Assembly: GCF_000143415.4 (NCBI RefSeq)
Contig: NW_003314270.1
Location: 2,759,668 to 2,823,667, forward strand
Direction: 5' to 3'
Origin: Selaginella moellendorffii
Taxonomy: Eukaryota; Plantae; Lycopodiophyta
Length of the DNA stretch: 64,000 bases
The notes under the pieces are model-generated. The model was not told where the DNA came from. It saw nothing but the letters and a program-made list of their open reading frames with translations, and made no database searches. The translations under genes were made by a program, and so were the position numbers. The stretch's first letter is position 1, and every line of letters starts with the position of its first letter. Shown here in pieces: positions 22,641 through 35,017 of this stretch.

Positions 22641-25600
22641 TACCTTGTGCTCGAGGCTAATCACTCGCTGGGCGGCCTCGTCCACGAGTGCTTGCAGCTT
22701 CACAGCGTCCTTCTTCAGCACGAAACGATCCTCCACGGTCCTTTTCGTTTCAACGTCGTGGTGCTCGAGCTCCACTTCTCGCGCGCACAGCTTCTCCCTC
22801 AACAGCACGCAATGCATGTCTTGCACCTTTAGCTCCTCTTTGAGATCGTTAGATTGCTCTTTCATCTGGGCAAAGCACAATCACAGTTTGATTAGAACAA
22901 AGTAACCACGACAAAGCTTTTACCTGTTCCAGCTCGGTCTCGCTTTTCTGGCGAAGCTCCGATTCTTGTTTGAGCCTCGTTTGAAGGTCCACAATCTCCT
23001 TCTCCTTTGCATTGTACAGCCTGAACAGCTCTTCATTTCTACCCGTCAGTCGTTGGATCCGTGTCTCGAGCGTCTTTCTGGCCTCGGACATGTTTTGCTC
23101 CAGCCCCTGAATCGTCACATCCTTTTTCCCGCACTCCGTACGCGCTGCAAAAAGCTCTGATTCACGCTCCAGCAACTTGTCTTTCATCAATTCCAGTCGC
23201 TCGCTCATTTGGTTGAGCTGCTCGGCAGACACCTGCACATTGTCGGACTGATAAGGTAAGAGCAAAAAAGATAAAGCGCCCTCACCTCTAAACACTTTTG
23301 AACGTCGCACTCTGTGTCTTCATTCCCGTCCTCGCTTACCCTTTTCCTGAAGGCCGCCTGCTTGGCTACGATTCCCTGTAGGAGCCTGTTCGTCTTCACT
23401 ACAGCTTGTAACCGTGTTTCTAGCCATTTGAAATCTTTGTCTTTATCCTGTAGCTGCAGCTTCCGCTTCGCGATCTCGTCCTGTAAGCTTTTGACCTCCT
23501 CGTCGACATTTTTCTTACGCGATTCCATCTCGCGGATAGAGTCGGTTTTTGTCTTCTCCTCCCTCAATGCGGTGCTGAGCTTGATCGTGAGGATCGAGTT
23601 GTGTTCTTGCAGCTCATAAATCTGTGTTTTCAGCCTGTCTACCTCCGAGTGATATTCAAAGCCAGGCTTTACAGTGCCGTTGCTGCCATCCCTCTCTTCG
23701 ACCTTTGCTTTGTCCACGAGTTTCTTCAGCTCCCGCCTCACGGCTGTTGCTTCGCGGTTTGAAGCATCTAATTCGCGACGTAGGCCCTGTTCTATTGTAC
23801 TCAGTCTCACGAGCTCGTTTTGCAGCCTCACGACGGCTTTGTCTTTTTCCTGTGGCCTCGAATCTGTAACGTTATTGAGCCCATTGTAGAGACCTTGGAT
23901 GCTTTTTTCGTGGTCTGTACACAGCTGCTGTAGCCTGGCCACCAGACGACGTAGATCCGTATTCTCATCCTCCTTTTCTTGACAAGACTTTCTCAAGGAC
24001 GCAAGTTCATCTTCTGTATGCATGCTCTGCTTACGGGTGTTGACAGAGGATTCCCGTATCTCCAAAATAACTTTCTCTGCCTCGTCTAGCTTCTTCTTGT
24101 GTGTCGCAATCTGATCTTCATACTGCCTTATCTGTTCCCGCAGGCCTTTCTCCCTAGCAGCCATTGACGCTGTCTCCTTTTGCAAGCTTACATTATTCTC
24201 CGCAATGTCCCGGACTCTTCCCTTAAGCCTTGTCTCCTCCATCTGTGCCTTCTCCAGTCTCGCTATCCAATCTGCCTCCCTTCGCTGTAATTCCTCTTCC
24301 AATGAAGTCTGCTGGTCAGATTTTTCTCTTTCCGAGGTAACCGCGGCTAACTCAAGTCTTCTCTTCATGAGTGCCAATCCATCCTTGATGGTTACTTGCT
24401 CAAGAAGACGTTGCTTGGCTTCTGAAGCAGCCTCCAGCGCCAGCCTGAGCTTTTGCTCCAGCAACTCCCGCGCCCTGCTCTGCACGTCGGGAGTTTCCTG
24501 GACGCCATCAAAATCCGAGTCGTCACTTAAGTAGGAATCTGCCAGCTCTGCTTTCACGGCCTGGACTTGCTTCTCCGCTTCACTTGCACGTTCTTGAGCT
24601 ACGTAGTGCATGTTGTCAACTTGGTCCTCGTACTCCTTTAGTTTGTTATCTAAGTTCATTAGCTCACTGTCAGTTTTAAGGGCCTCCCGCCTGCCTAGTG
24701 GAAACATTTCCCTGGATCTGGAGTTCCTGAAGCTACCGTAGCTGAGGTATCGATTGTCGGAAAAATCCAGAATGATCTCGTTGGGATCAACCTCTGCTGC
24801 ACTCGATTCATTGAGATAACTTTTGAGAGCGCGGGTGGAATTGGAGTCCTTGTAAGGGCTGCTGTTAGCCACCCCACTGCTGCCTTCAGAAAAGCTAGCC
24901 GGCGCTCTCAAGTCCTTCTTCGAGCCACCGGTCCCCCGAATAGCCTTGGCCAGCTTCTCAGCGACAAGCCTGGCGCCTTTAGCCTTCCCAGGCGCCTTGT
25001 CATTGTCCCTACGAAACTTGTATGGAACAATGGCTTCGTCATACTCGACGATTGCTCGCCTCTCCCCGAACGAATTCGAGCCCGAAGTAGCTACTGACAA
25101 ATTCTCTGCCGAGTCTGTCCTACCATGACCTCGCGTTCTGCCAGGACTTAAGTGTGACACGAAGCTGGACAGCATTGCAAACGGTCCCTCTGCGGAAGGA
25201 TTTCCATCCTCAAACCTGTGCTGACTCGACTTTGCTTTGGAGTCTCCAGAAAATGGCATCCGCAGCCTGGGAGCGCTCTTAGTCCGTTTGGCATGCTGCC
25301 TTTCCTTGCCAAGTCCAGGGGGCCTGAAAATTCAAGCGAACAGTTCAGAGAACACGAAGAAGAATTTGTCTGTAAACCAAAACAAAGAAACTCACGGTTG
25401 TAGTACTGTGTCCATGCTGGGCCTGTATCTTGACTCGGCTGTGCTCCTTGTTTCATCCGTCAAGGCACGCATCCTATGGGCCGACTGGAAGTAAGCCGTG
25501 GGAGAGCAAGCCCGCACGCTGAGAACTTGCTTCTCCTCGCAATCGTCCTCGCAATACGGGCCACTGCGAGAAGCCGGCGACGCCAGGTCCATCTCTATAC

Positions 25601-25925
25601 TCCTTCCTGGATGCGCTAGCCTTCTCGCCGCTGCCAGAGCCGCCTTTTCCTCCTTACTTGGTGGAGTAGCGTCCCACATTTTCCCCTCTTTTGGGAGAGT
25701 GTGCTCCCTCCTGCTGACGGCCCTGGTTTCTTCCCCGCGAGGAGTCGTGCTGCGACCCCATTTGAAAGGAGATCTCGAGCGAGCTGGGGATTTCTGGCGA
25801 GCGGCGGGCGCTGTGACGCATTCCTTGTCCTGCGTCAGGGTGCTTTGGCTGGAGACGTCCTTGAGAGGGGAGGGAGATTCGCCGGACGATGCCGGGGAGA
25901 GGATGGAGGGAAAAATCCGCCTCAT
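22294..25925 (-). CDS. Long coiled-coil protein, At3g55060/At2g39300-like, multi-exon
   Basis: MRRIFPS start. Conserved ELQRREADW...EETRLKGRVRDIAENNVSLQKE and C-terminal LEEDILMKEGELSILQ. The intron at ~25325-25395 joins the two large ORFs in frame. Confidence 0.8.
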
Positions 25926-26468
25926 CTCATCGACTTCCAGCACGGCAGCACCAGCATTGATCCTGTTTCGCCCAAAGGGAAAATTTTTCAAAGCTCTTGA
26001 TCACTCCACATTGATGAGAACTCTCGCTTACCTCGAAAAGGAGAGTCGAGTGATCCTGCGCCTTTCTCCAGTCAACCTCGCAGCCGGCGCTTTCGCAGCG
26101 CTCAATCACCGCCAGTGCCGTAATTGCTGAAGAGGACCGCCCGCTCCATTCGATTCCACTTCGTCCCCGCGGCACAGGACCGACGACGCTGCCGAAATTT
26201 CGATCCACAGGCGCGTCTTGCCCGCATCCAAGCGATATTTCGCTCGAAAGGCCTCGAGAATCGCTGAGAATCTCCGAGAAGCAGCAGCTTTCCCCCCGAG
26301 ACTCCCAGGATCAATCAAAAGCGCTTGAAACAGCGCTCGCGCCTGGCGTCGCGGCACCTGGTGGAGTGAAGCTCACAGAGAACCGCCGAAAACCTAAAGG
26401 AGCAGCGGCAGCGCCTAGGCTGAAGTAAACAAGCACAAAGAAGAAAGGAACCTTGCTACTTATTTATC

Positions 26469-26654
26469 GTTTAGTATAGTAGAACGATAATAAGGCAATA
26501 GAAAATTATAGCGTTGGTAGATGTGTCTCATGGGCATTACCATGCCCATCCAGCACGCTCCACTGAACACGTCATGCATAGAGCGTCCCAAGAGCGTCCC
26601 ATGCCCATGCATACGAATTGGCGCCAATGGGGCCATTGCTATTCTATACTAAAC
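26469..26654. mobile_element. Possible Tourist-like MITE
   Basis: 11-bp inverted termini GTTTAGTATAG / CTATACTAAAC, nearby TTA/TAA and palindromic internal motifs. Confidence 0.4.
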
Positions 26655-27377
26655 AGCGTAAGATGCGCGCGGCAAAAATGGTTTTGAAATTACCATGACC
26701 GCGGAATTAAGGAGCAATAGTGGGGGGCGTGGTAGGAATTTTGGGCCTGTCCGTACATCCCATTTCATGCCACCTGGCAGCGAAAGCAAGCAAACGTCCT
26801 TGTTCCTGGAGATATGAGGAAGATTCCCTCTTGTCTAACCTCGGATGCCTTAATTCGTCCACCGTTTGGCACCTAGAAAATTCCTATCAACTGTTGTTAG
26901 TCGTGAATCGTGGTGGTGGAAGGAGGAACCCTAGAAATTTCTCAATGGAGCGAGAATGGGTGATGTTTTCGGTGCGTCGTTACTCAAACTCTTTCCACCT
27001 CGTGGTGTGTGGCGGCATTAACAAAGGATTCCACGAAGAACAGATCGACTCGTATGAAAACTAAATGCAAAGGTTGGGAAAACATGGGATTTCATTAAGA
27101 TTTCATGACCTTTTTAGCGGCTTAGAACATTCGGTACGTGGCGCGGATCTGTGCACACATGATCGTTCGTTCCCGTGTTCTTGTTCTACGTTGTTTTTAA
27201 ATGGTTAGCGTTAGATTATGATTGACCTGGCTCAAGATTGTTTGCCCACGCTCTTTTCCTCTCCCAGGTTTTCTTGTTTGTTTTTCATCTCGAATGTATG
27301 TATGCTGCCCAAGGTTCATCATTGGGAAACTGGCAAAAGGAAAAACCCATGGAGCAAACAAGCAAACTTCCTCTCAC

Positions 27378-27400
27378 TGTGTGTGTGTGTGTGTGTGTGT
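27378..27400. repeat. (TG)n microsatellite
   Basis: Direct reading. Confidence 0.95.
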
Positions 27401-29100
27401 CAGGGGGGTTGAACAAGACACACACAGGCTTCACGCATGCTTCCCAACCAAACCAACACAAAGGACTCCCTCTCACTCTCTGGAGACGGAAAAGGCTGCA
27501 AAGGGTCAGCTAGGCAGCCAGGAACAAAAGCAAGCTTTTTTGTGAAATCTGGTGCTGCCAGAGAGGCCAGCCATCACCACAATCCGGTTGTTGCTTGCCA
27601 GCATTCTCGCAAATCCAGCCCGTTTAGCCGATCCAAATCGAGTCAATCCTCCAGAAACTATGACATTGCTTATTATGGTTTGCAGTTTTGGGCCACTACT
27701 CCTCTTGAGTGCTCAAATCTGAGATCTTGAGCTCCTGAGAGGATTCATCCTAAACTAAGAACTTTTCCCTTCTCTCACCTCCCTTTCCAGAGCAGAGGTT
27801 GGTACAAGCTTCCTTTGAGGAATAGTGCAAACCAACCTGGCATGCTGATCTGGTTGGGGCATTTTTATTTCTATGCTTTCTTTATGGTTATTTTTTACCT
27901 CTTTTTTCTTCAAGCTTTGAAGCTAAAAAGTGGTGTTTGGCATGTGAGGTTGATTCCCTTGAAAGAAAGGGCAAGCAGCAATGACAACAATGCAGCACAC
28001 ACCCACACACATACACTCACTCACTTCCCTTTACAATCCAGCATTTGTGCTGGATTGGGTAGCAATTGGAATGCATTTGGGTTGGTCCCCTCTCTCTGCT
28101 TTTGCCCTCTATAACTTAGAGAACAAAACACTTTTCCCTTGGAAAGAGGTGGAAGCTTTTGCAGGTGTAGTGTGTACCACAGGTAAGCAGGCAGCTCCAC
28201 CACCTGAAGCCCACTATCATTGCTTATGAGTGAAATGGAAATAATCATACACTCTCACAGCTTCACCAGGAGTTGTAAGCCTCACTCTCAGTGTTGGTCA
28301 AGAGAAATCACCCACCCAGCCTTGGATTCCTTTGAAGCAAGGCTAAAGCTTTTTGTTTATTACTTTTACTGTACAGGGCCCCGTGACCACTGTTCGTAAA
28401 AAACAGAAGTTACCAGGTACAATCATTCAGGTTCTCCAGGAAACCGTTTTCAGCAAATGATAGTGCAAATCAGAGCTGGTAAACTGCGTCAACTTGTGCT
28501 CGATCGCAAATGGAATCTAGCAGTTTGCATGCAATTTGCTATAGACAATGGCATTTGCACTTTCTCCCGTAATCTTCTTAAGATCGTCTTCAAAGAAAAA
28601 AAATGAAACAAGGATGCATGGTCCGCTCTTTGTGTGTGACGCCACCTTTTATAGGCGTTACATAAGCAAAACAAAGGAGGCCTCTCATTCCATCGATGGT
28701 TCACGCAGAATGACTGGACGATGAGACCTCGCTCGTACTCTACGACACGCGCCAAAGCGTAGCGAGCAAACAAACAAAACAAACAAACAAACAAGGAGAA
28801 GGGAAGCTCAGTGTGGCTGCAAGGGCGAAAGCGAGAGCAGAGCAGACCTGACTGTGAACAGCGACTCTCACTGAAGTTGACCCTGTGATGAACCCACTCA
28901 AGCTTCCCTGCTCTTTTATATCTTTTTTTTTAGTTTGATTTTCGTCAGAAATTCTGCATGGTCCTAGTACCGAAATCACTGTTTTGCACAAGTATGTCTG
29001 TACAAAAACTTCCACTTTTCAGTGGTTATACAGACAAATGGATCTCTAACAAATATCCCATCTCGGGCTAAACGACGCGTCAGTTTGAGGGTTTTAGAGC

Positions 29101-30496
29101 ATGAAGAACAGCTCGTCCTGGATCATCGGAGCGCTGCTGCTGGTATCGCTTGCCAAAGCTACTTCAGGTAAGCTTGTTTGTGAGCTATCTCTTGCTCAAA
29201 ACATTTGTTCTAGTGGAGCCTGGGTTTACTGTCAAGACCTTGTTTGATCTCGGCAAGCACTCGGCAAATGCCTTTGCCTTGTATCCAGACCCGCGGAACA
29301 AGTTTGTGTTGGCGCTTGATTCCAGTGGCAATCGCATATGGAAGCTGAGACTGCCACTCTCGCAGAGTAAGCACTAGAAGCTTTTCTTATGCTTTGTTTT
29401 GTGGCTTCAAAGCTTAAGAATTTTTTTTTCCTCTAGACAGCAGCTTGGAAGCTTTTGCCGGTTCATTCGTGGGGGAGTCCGGCTATGTCGACGGCCCCGC
29501 GGCAAAGTCACTTTTTAATCGCCCACAAAGCCTTGCTATTTGCGACAATGGCGCGGTCTTTGTGGCGGATACGAGGAACTTGGCTATACGCAAAATCAGC
29601 AAGGATGGCGAAGGTAGTTTCGTTTCCTCTTTTAAAAATCTCTAGAACATTTTTTCTAGTTCCAACAGTGACCACCATTGCCGGAGGTAGCTCTCGAAAG
29701 CCAGGCTTTGCCGACGGCCCCGGAGACACAGCTCGTTTCTCAAGCGAGTTTAGCTTGGCGTGTTCTTGTGGCTCCTTACTCATAGCCGATCGCGGGAACC
29801 GGCTGATTCGCGAGATACAAATCGATGATCCAAAGTCGTGTGATTCAAGCGATTCAGCCGTTTCAGGTGACTTCTCATCCTTTACCTGGATTTTTTTCTT
29901 TCGATTGGATTTAAAACTCCTGCTTTTTGTTGATTTCATGATCAGGATCACAAAAATGGGCTTTAATTCCCGTAGTGCTGCTTGGCGTCTGTCTGGGGAT
30001 GCCTCTGGGAGCTTTTATAATCTGGAAGATACTTGATCAGCGGTGCCGGCAAGTAAGTTTCACGAGCAAAGCTGGTGACTCTTATGAAAATATTTCTAGG
30101 CAGGCGATCAGCTGGGAAACACTGAAAGATTGCTGGCGGGCGTTCCGGAGGACGATGATCTGCAAGTTCGGCAGCAGAAGCGAACTTGCTAGCGCCGTCT
30201 TTAGTCTTTTCCTTCTTGTATGTCATCAGGCACAGCTCCTCGCGTCTGTCTTCTTTGGTGTTGCACACGAAGTAAAAACGAAGCCAACTGCGCCTGTCAA
30301 ACAAGATCAAGACCTCCACTCTCTCCTTGGAAACACGAAAGATGAGCCTCCAGACCTCATTGATTTCATGGACTTGGAATCTTCTGTTGCTCCTTCTCGC
30401 CCTCTTTCTTTTCCGGATTTGAGGAATTTGACTATGGAGCTCGAGTGTTTGGAGAAGTTCCAGCAGGAATTCAAGGACAAGCGCAAGCACAGCTAA
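29101..30496 (+). CDS. NHL-repeat protein with signal peptide and TM segment (copy 1, apparently intact)
   Basis: MKNSSSWIIGALLL signal; GESGYVDGP...FNRPQSLAI...VFVADTRNLAIRKI; VTTIAGG...GFADGPG..ARFS; LLIADRGNRLIREI; TM segment; late DLIDF motif. Confidence 0.85.
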
Positions 30497-30560
30497 GAAT
30501 GTGCTCACACAAGCTTTGTTTTTCCACTCTTCTTGAATAGTCCATTGTTTTACAAATAGG

Positions 30561-30690
30561 TTGACGCTCATGTTCCGGCGGAAGGCGTTCCTCCGGCGAG
30601 GAGATGGACGAGCTCGAGTTCCAACGATCTGGTGACCGAGTACCAGCAGTACCGGGACGCTTCCATGACGACGATGACTTTGGGGAGGAT
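30561..30690 (+). pseudogene. Beta-tubulin C-terminal fragment (copy 1)
   Basis: Successive frames give [11 protein letters not shown] / GEEMDELEF / NDLVTEYQQYRDAS / DDDDFGED, versus beta-tubulin [44 protein letters not shown]. Confidence 0.85.
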
Positions 30691-30814
30691 CCAACTCGCC
30701 TCGCAATCCACAGCGTAAAAACCATTCTCTTTTTTCACAAAGGCAAAAGTATTACTATTTTTTTCCAAGTCAAGGGTTAGGTTATACTTTCTCGCTTGGA
30801 TTTTTCTATTCGAG

Positions 30815-31630
30815 ATGTCGGAACGCGCGGTTTCGTCAGGTATGGATGCTTCTCTCCATCAAGAAGCTATGGTCTCTCGTGATCATGGGCCTCCAACGCT
30901 TGGCCGCCGAGCTCCAGCGCCCTGGCATGGCGGCCATCACCGAGCTTCACACCCGCGAGCTCCAGCTCCAGCGCATCGAGCAGCGCATGGACACCACCGT
31001 CCTCGAGCATCTCATGGAGGCCACGAGCCAGCGCCAGCTTTAGCTCCAGTTCCAGCTCCGGCTCCAGCGCCAGCTGCTTTCGTTCATGCTCGCGGCCACC
31101 ACCCTGGTGATCGAGCTCCAGCGCCTCGCCACCACGATCCAGCTCCAGCAGCAGCGGTGTACTATCATCATCACGGTGATGGAGCTCCTCTGGTTGTTCA
31201 CCACCATCACCATGGTCACCATCATGGAGGCCACCACCATCACCATGGTCACCATCATGGAGGCCGCCACCACCACCACCACCACCACCACCACCGTCGC
31301 GACGGTCACAACGCAGCGATGGCCACACCGACACCCGCGGCAGTGGTTACAGTGGCTCGGAGGACGCCCTGGTCGCTGCTCCAGCTTCTTCTCTGGGTTT
31401 TGGTTGCGATCTTGGTGCTGCTTGCGTGCTGTTTGCTAGTGCGATGGATGTTATCTCGAAGGAAACAGCGCAGGAATGCGATCTTTCAGGACCCTCAGTG
31501 GCGGATCGAAGTGACGAATCCTCTGGCAGTTGTGGTGGACGATTCTCTGACTGAGAAGAAAGAGCCCGAGTGGAGGATTAAAGTGCTAAACGCACAGGAG
31601 GAAGACGATTCTCTGACTATGAGCTTGTGA
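30815..31630 (+). CDS. His-rich, Ala-Pro-rich single-pass membrane protein (copy 1)
   Basis: 271-aa ORF with (AP)n, poly-His, TM LLLWVLVAILVLLACCLLV, basic stop-transfer RRKQRR and a duplicated WRI.V.N....DDSLT tail motif. Frame is preserved in all three copies. Confidence 0.65.
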   Translation: MSERAVSSGMDASLHQEAMVSRDHGPPTLGRRAPAPWHGGHHRASHPRAPAPAHRAAHGHHRPRASHGGHEPAPALAPVPAPAPAPAAFVHARGHHPGDRAPAPRHHDPAPAAAVYYHHHGDGAPLVVHHHHHGHHHGGHHHHHGHHHGGRHHHHHHHHHRRDGHNAAMATPTPAAVVTVARRTPWSLLQLLLWVLVAILVLLACCLLVRWMLSRRKQRRNAIFQDPQWRIEVTNPLAVVVDDSLTEKKEPEWRIKVLNAQEEDDSLTMSL

Positions 31631-33375
31631 AAGTACGGTGCTACCAGCATAGCGAGTGCTCGAGAGGTTTAAGCGGCGGGATTAGTGTGGTCTAAACGGC
31701 ACCTGACGATGCCTTGCTCTCATGAGGTACCGAGTCTGTGATCTGGACGCTCAAACGATTGATACTGCAGTGGAGGGCCTGTTCCAGTGTTTGGAGTGAA
31801 GAAGACACAGAGAGCTTCGTCGATCTGCAAAGGTTATATTCGTCGCGACAATCTCTATGCAAGGTGTCGAAGCCTCGTCAAGTTTTTAAACGAATACCCC
31901 GGAAGCAACATCGTGGACTATCTTGATTGCCGGCTATGCTCAGCACAACGAACCGGGATGCTGATAAACTATCGTGGCAGAACTGAAGGCTTGGGCAGCT
32001 CTGGCAATTGGGAAGGTAATTCACTTGACTATCTCCAGATATAGAGACGAAGTCATTGCGTCCGTGGCCAACTCAAAGCGAGCATGTAGTACTGTGAAGG
32101 ACTGCCGAGTTATGGTCACCTGCGGCTTTGTTCTGGAAGTCTTAAAACCGGACGGGATTGCTTTCACTTCATCCTCACTGAGTGTAGCGATGCTGACTTG
32201 GTCGACACAGCAACCCAGGCAATGAGCTGATCGTAGGTAACTCCAGATCTGGAGCACTTTCACTGTATGGTGGTGAGGCTGTCGAGATGGCGAAAACGAT
32301 ATGCTTTATCGACTTTTATTTATTGATAAAGAAGAATGTGTGGAATGTTTGAAGGAGATTAAGTAGTTGATTTCACCGTATCTTTTATTAGCTAATAATT
32401 TTATTATTTTGGCAAAAAAATAAAAAAATTTAATGGAGAGGCTATAACTTAAATAGTATGGAAAGGTGGTTTTAAAGAATTATAACTTTGTTTCTCTTTC
32501 TCTTTTCTGTCGACATTTTTGGTTCTGAATCCAAGCAATTCATGGATTCAGAATGCATACTCTAACGTTTGAATTTGAACACATACTTGACCAATTTGGT
32601 TATAAATCTGGATTTGAATCACAAATTCTCCATGCTCTTCGTGATCAAACCTTGGTTGTTCATTTTGCCTTTATCTTATGGTGATTTACTATAGGATAAT
32701 CACGAAATGGAACTTAAACCTTTCATGTGGCTCCATTTTTTTTGACATCCAACACTAACATCCGCAAAATGGTAAAAACCACATATGCTACATTTGGTAT
32801 CAGAGAATGAGTTTCGGCAAATACTATCTAATGAGATTGAGTAATTAGTCTCATTGCATATGCAGAGATGAAAATGATGATCTGAGTGGGTACACATTTG
32901 AGTGCAATCGTTCCTTGAGTATGGTTTTGGTTACCTTTTTATACCATACTATGTGAATTTGCTCTTGGGCTCATAAGATGGATTGAGGAGTTCCGTTTGC
33001 ACAAGTTTGCGCTTGGGCTCATGAGTGAGGCACATTAGCAACTCATGGTTACACCTTGAGTTGGCAAGATTAATATTATTCTATTGGTGATTCCATGAGT
33101 TGTTCCATGTATCGTCGGTGAAAGTAAACCTCCCATGGGTTTGCTATGAGTGGCAAATAAGCTGGTCTATAGCTGTTTAGCATGACACTAGTAGATCCTT
33201 CCTATACATAATTATAAGTGGATCAATCAAGATTGTAGGGGTTAGTCTATTGGTTTAAGTAATCATTGTTGCGCTCTCTCATAAACTTTTCTTGGATTGA
33301 ACTGAAGGCAGTGCAGACGCAAGCTTGAGGTTTTGTCAAAGATGAGACCGAAAATAGAGTTATTAAAGACAAAAG

Positions 33376-33569
33376 TGTAAGCAACCAAAGAGAACGACTT
33401 GAGAGACGGTCCATGGGATTCAAATATAGAGGGAAAGGGCCCATAAATAAGAGTGCACCCCTTTTCCAATTGGTTAAGGGTCTTGGGATATTTGGGGTTA
33501 AATGTCCTTGGGTTTGAATGGTACTGGTCCCGGGTGACCTCCCGGGAAGTCTAAATTTAGGAGCTTACA
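33376..33569 (+). mobile_element. 194-bp solo LTR carrying a 5S rRNA internal-control-region segment (Cassandra-like)
   Basis: TGTAAGC...GCTTACA perfect 7-bp inverted ends with AAAG direct repeats on both sides. 33497-33551 aligns to plant 5S rRNA +51 to +104 (about 41/55 by eye, including GGGTGACCTCCcGGGAAGTC). Confidence 0.75.
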
Positions 33570-34613
33570 AAAGGATCAAACACGTAAATTATCTTCTCTT
33601 CTTTGAGATATAATTTGTAACAAAGAGTGACTCATTGCTCATGTTCACATCATGCAATCAAGAATCCCTACATTGATGCATGTTGGAAATAATAGTCTTA
33701 CAAGTAGTGAGTTGTGAGATGAATAGCGGTGAAACATTAAACCATTTTGTTTAGGCTTGCTATTGAAAACTTAGGTTACAATGCTCAATTCTTTTCTGGG
33801 GAACCTTGCTATTGCCCCTTGAGTAGCTCGGTGTTGGATTAGTTTTGAATTTGGTCGAAAAGAGAGTGGTATGAACTTGTCCATGTTATGAATAAAAGTT
33901 AGTGGTGTTAAGTGTTGTAAATCTTTATCGGTGGGGTGTGGCATTTATGTTGCATTTTATCAAATCGAGTTGGCACTTGATAGTCATATAAACCTTTATA
34001 GTAATGACATGGGAGTTTCTCATGGTGTTGCTCAATTGATGATCAAGTCATTGTGATTTTTATATCATATCTATGTGATAATGAGTAATACGTTTACGAA
34101 GTTGCTTGGTTAAACGATGATCAACCCCAAAATGGTTGATGGTGAGGCTAGTCTACTTACATGTAGTAACATTGTAGTAGCTTTGATTGAATTCTCGAAG
34201 ATGATCCATTATGCTAAGTTTAAGTTGATTTTTTGTTTCCTTAAGTTTGTCTATTGAGGTGTTGGAAAGGGTTATAGCATTCACTTGTTATGGCTTGTTG
34301 ATTATCTATTAGCACTTAAAGTAGATTGTTGGATGGAGAAGATGTGTAGTTAGGGCATTAACATCATTAGCACTTGTGTTAATGGAAATGGCATTATTAT
34401 TTCAAGTGATAAGGAATTCTTCTTAGAACTTGATTTTCCATACCATTTTTTTTTTTAGTGTTTTGAGCTTCGCATTGGATCTTGAAGGTGGTTGAAAAAA
34501 AGTGTTAAGTGTAATGTGGATGTCCGAAGATGTGGTCTTCGTGATCAAACCTTGGATGTTCATTTTGCATTTTGCAAATATCGGTATTAGATGTAAAAAA
34601 AAATAGGCAAAGA

Positions 34614-35012
34614 TGTAGCGCATGTGATCATAGGATGAGATTTGGATATACTGTCACCGTGAATCCTAGGAACCTTGCGGGATAAATGGGGATAAAATAG
34701 CCACTAAGGGCTCTCTCATCAAGCAATTTCCCCTTTTCTAATTGGCTTAAAGGGAGAGAGATAAGGTGTGCTACAGTTATTCCCCTTGGCTCAGTAGGGG
34801 TTGTTAGTCAATAGTCAATGAGAACATTGACATCTCTGAAGGGGGGGTGAGTGTAACACATGTGATCATGGGATAAGATTTGGATATACTATCACTGTAG
34901 ATCCTTGAAACCTTGTGGGATAAATGGGGATAAAATAGCCATAAGGGCTCTCTCATCAAGCAATTGCCCCTTTTCCAGTTGGCTTAAGGGGAGAGAGATA
35001 AGGTGTGCTATA
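34614..35012 (+). mobile_element. TRIM with internal deletion (LTR 34614-34775, LTR 34852-35012)
   Basis: Two ~160-bp direct repeats that are the reverse complement of the LTRs at 52160-54204. PPT gaagggggggtgag precedes the second LTR. The PBS region is deleted. Confidence 0.85.
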
Positions 35013-35017
35013 ATTAG

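Larger units (their letters stand above)
16095..23570. repeat. Tandem segmental duplication: copy A 16095-19753, copy B 19753-23570
   Basis: Both copies carry the PDZ 5' half, the 7TM gene and the coiled-coil 3' end. The junction ccctcaatg-c-ttctaccagg joins 23561-23570 sequence to 16095 onward with 1-nt microhomology. Confidence 0.95.

Noticed and set aside
16095-23570. Duplication as a pure assembly artefact
   Set aside because: It has a precise microhomology junction, and the copies differ by many SNPs, indels and an LTR. Long reads would still be the decisive test.
30846-31439. Overlapping poly-Gly, poly-Val and poly-Thr ORFs in other frames (also in copies 2 and 3)
   Set aside because: These are shadows of CAC/CCA triplet repeats. 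Only the His frame has a coherent TM and tail.
33497-33551. 5S rRNA gene
   Set aside because: Only ~55 nt of the internal control region is present, and it lies inside an LTR-like unit.
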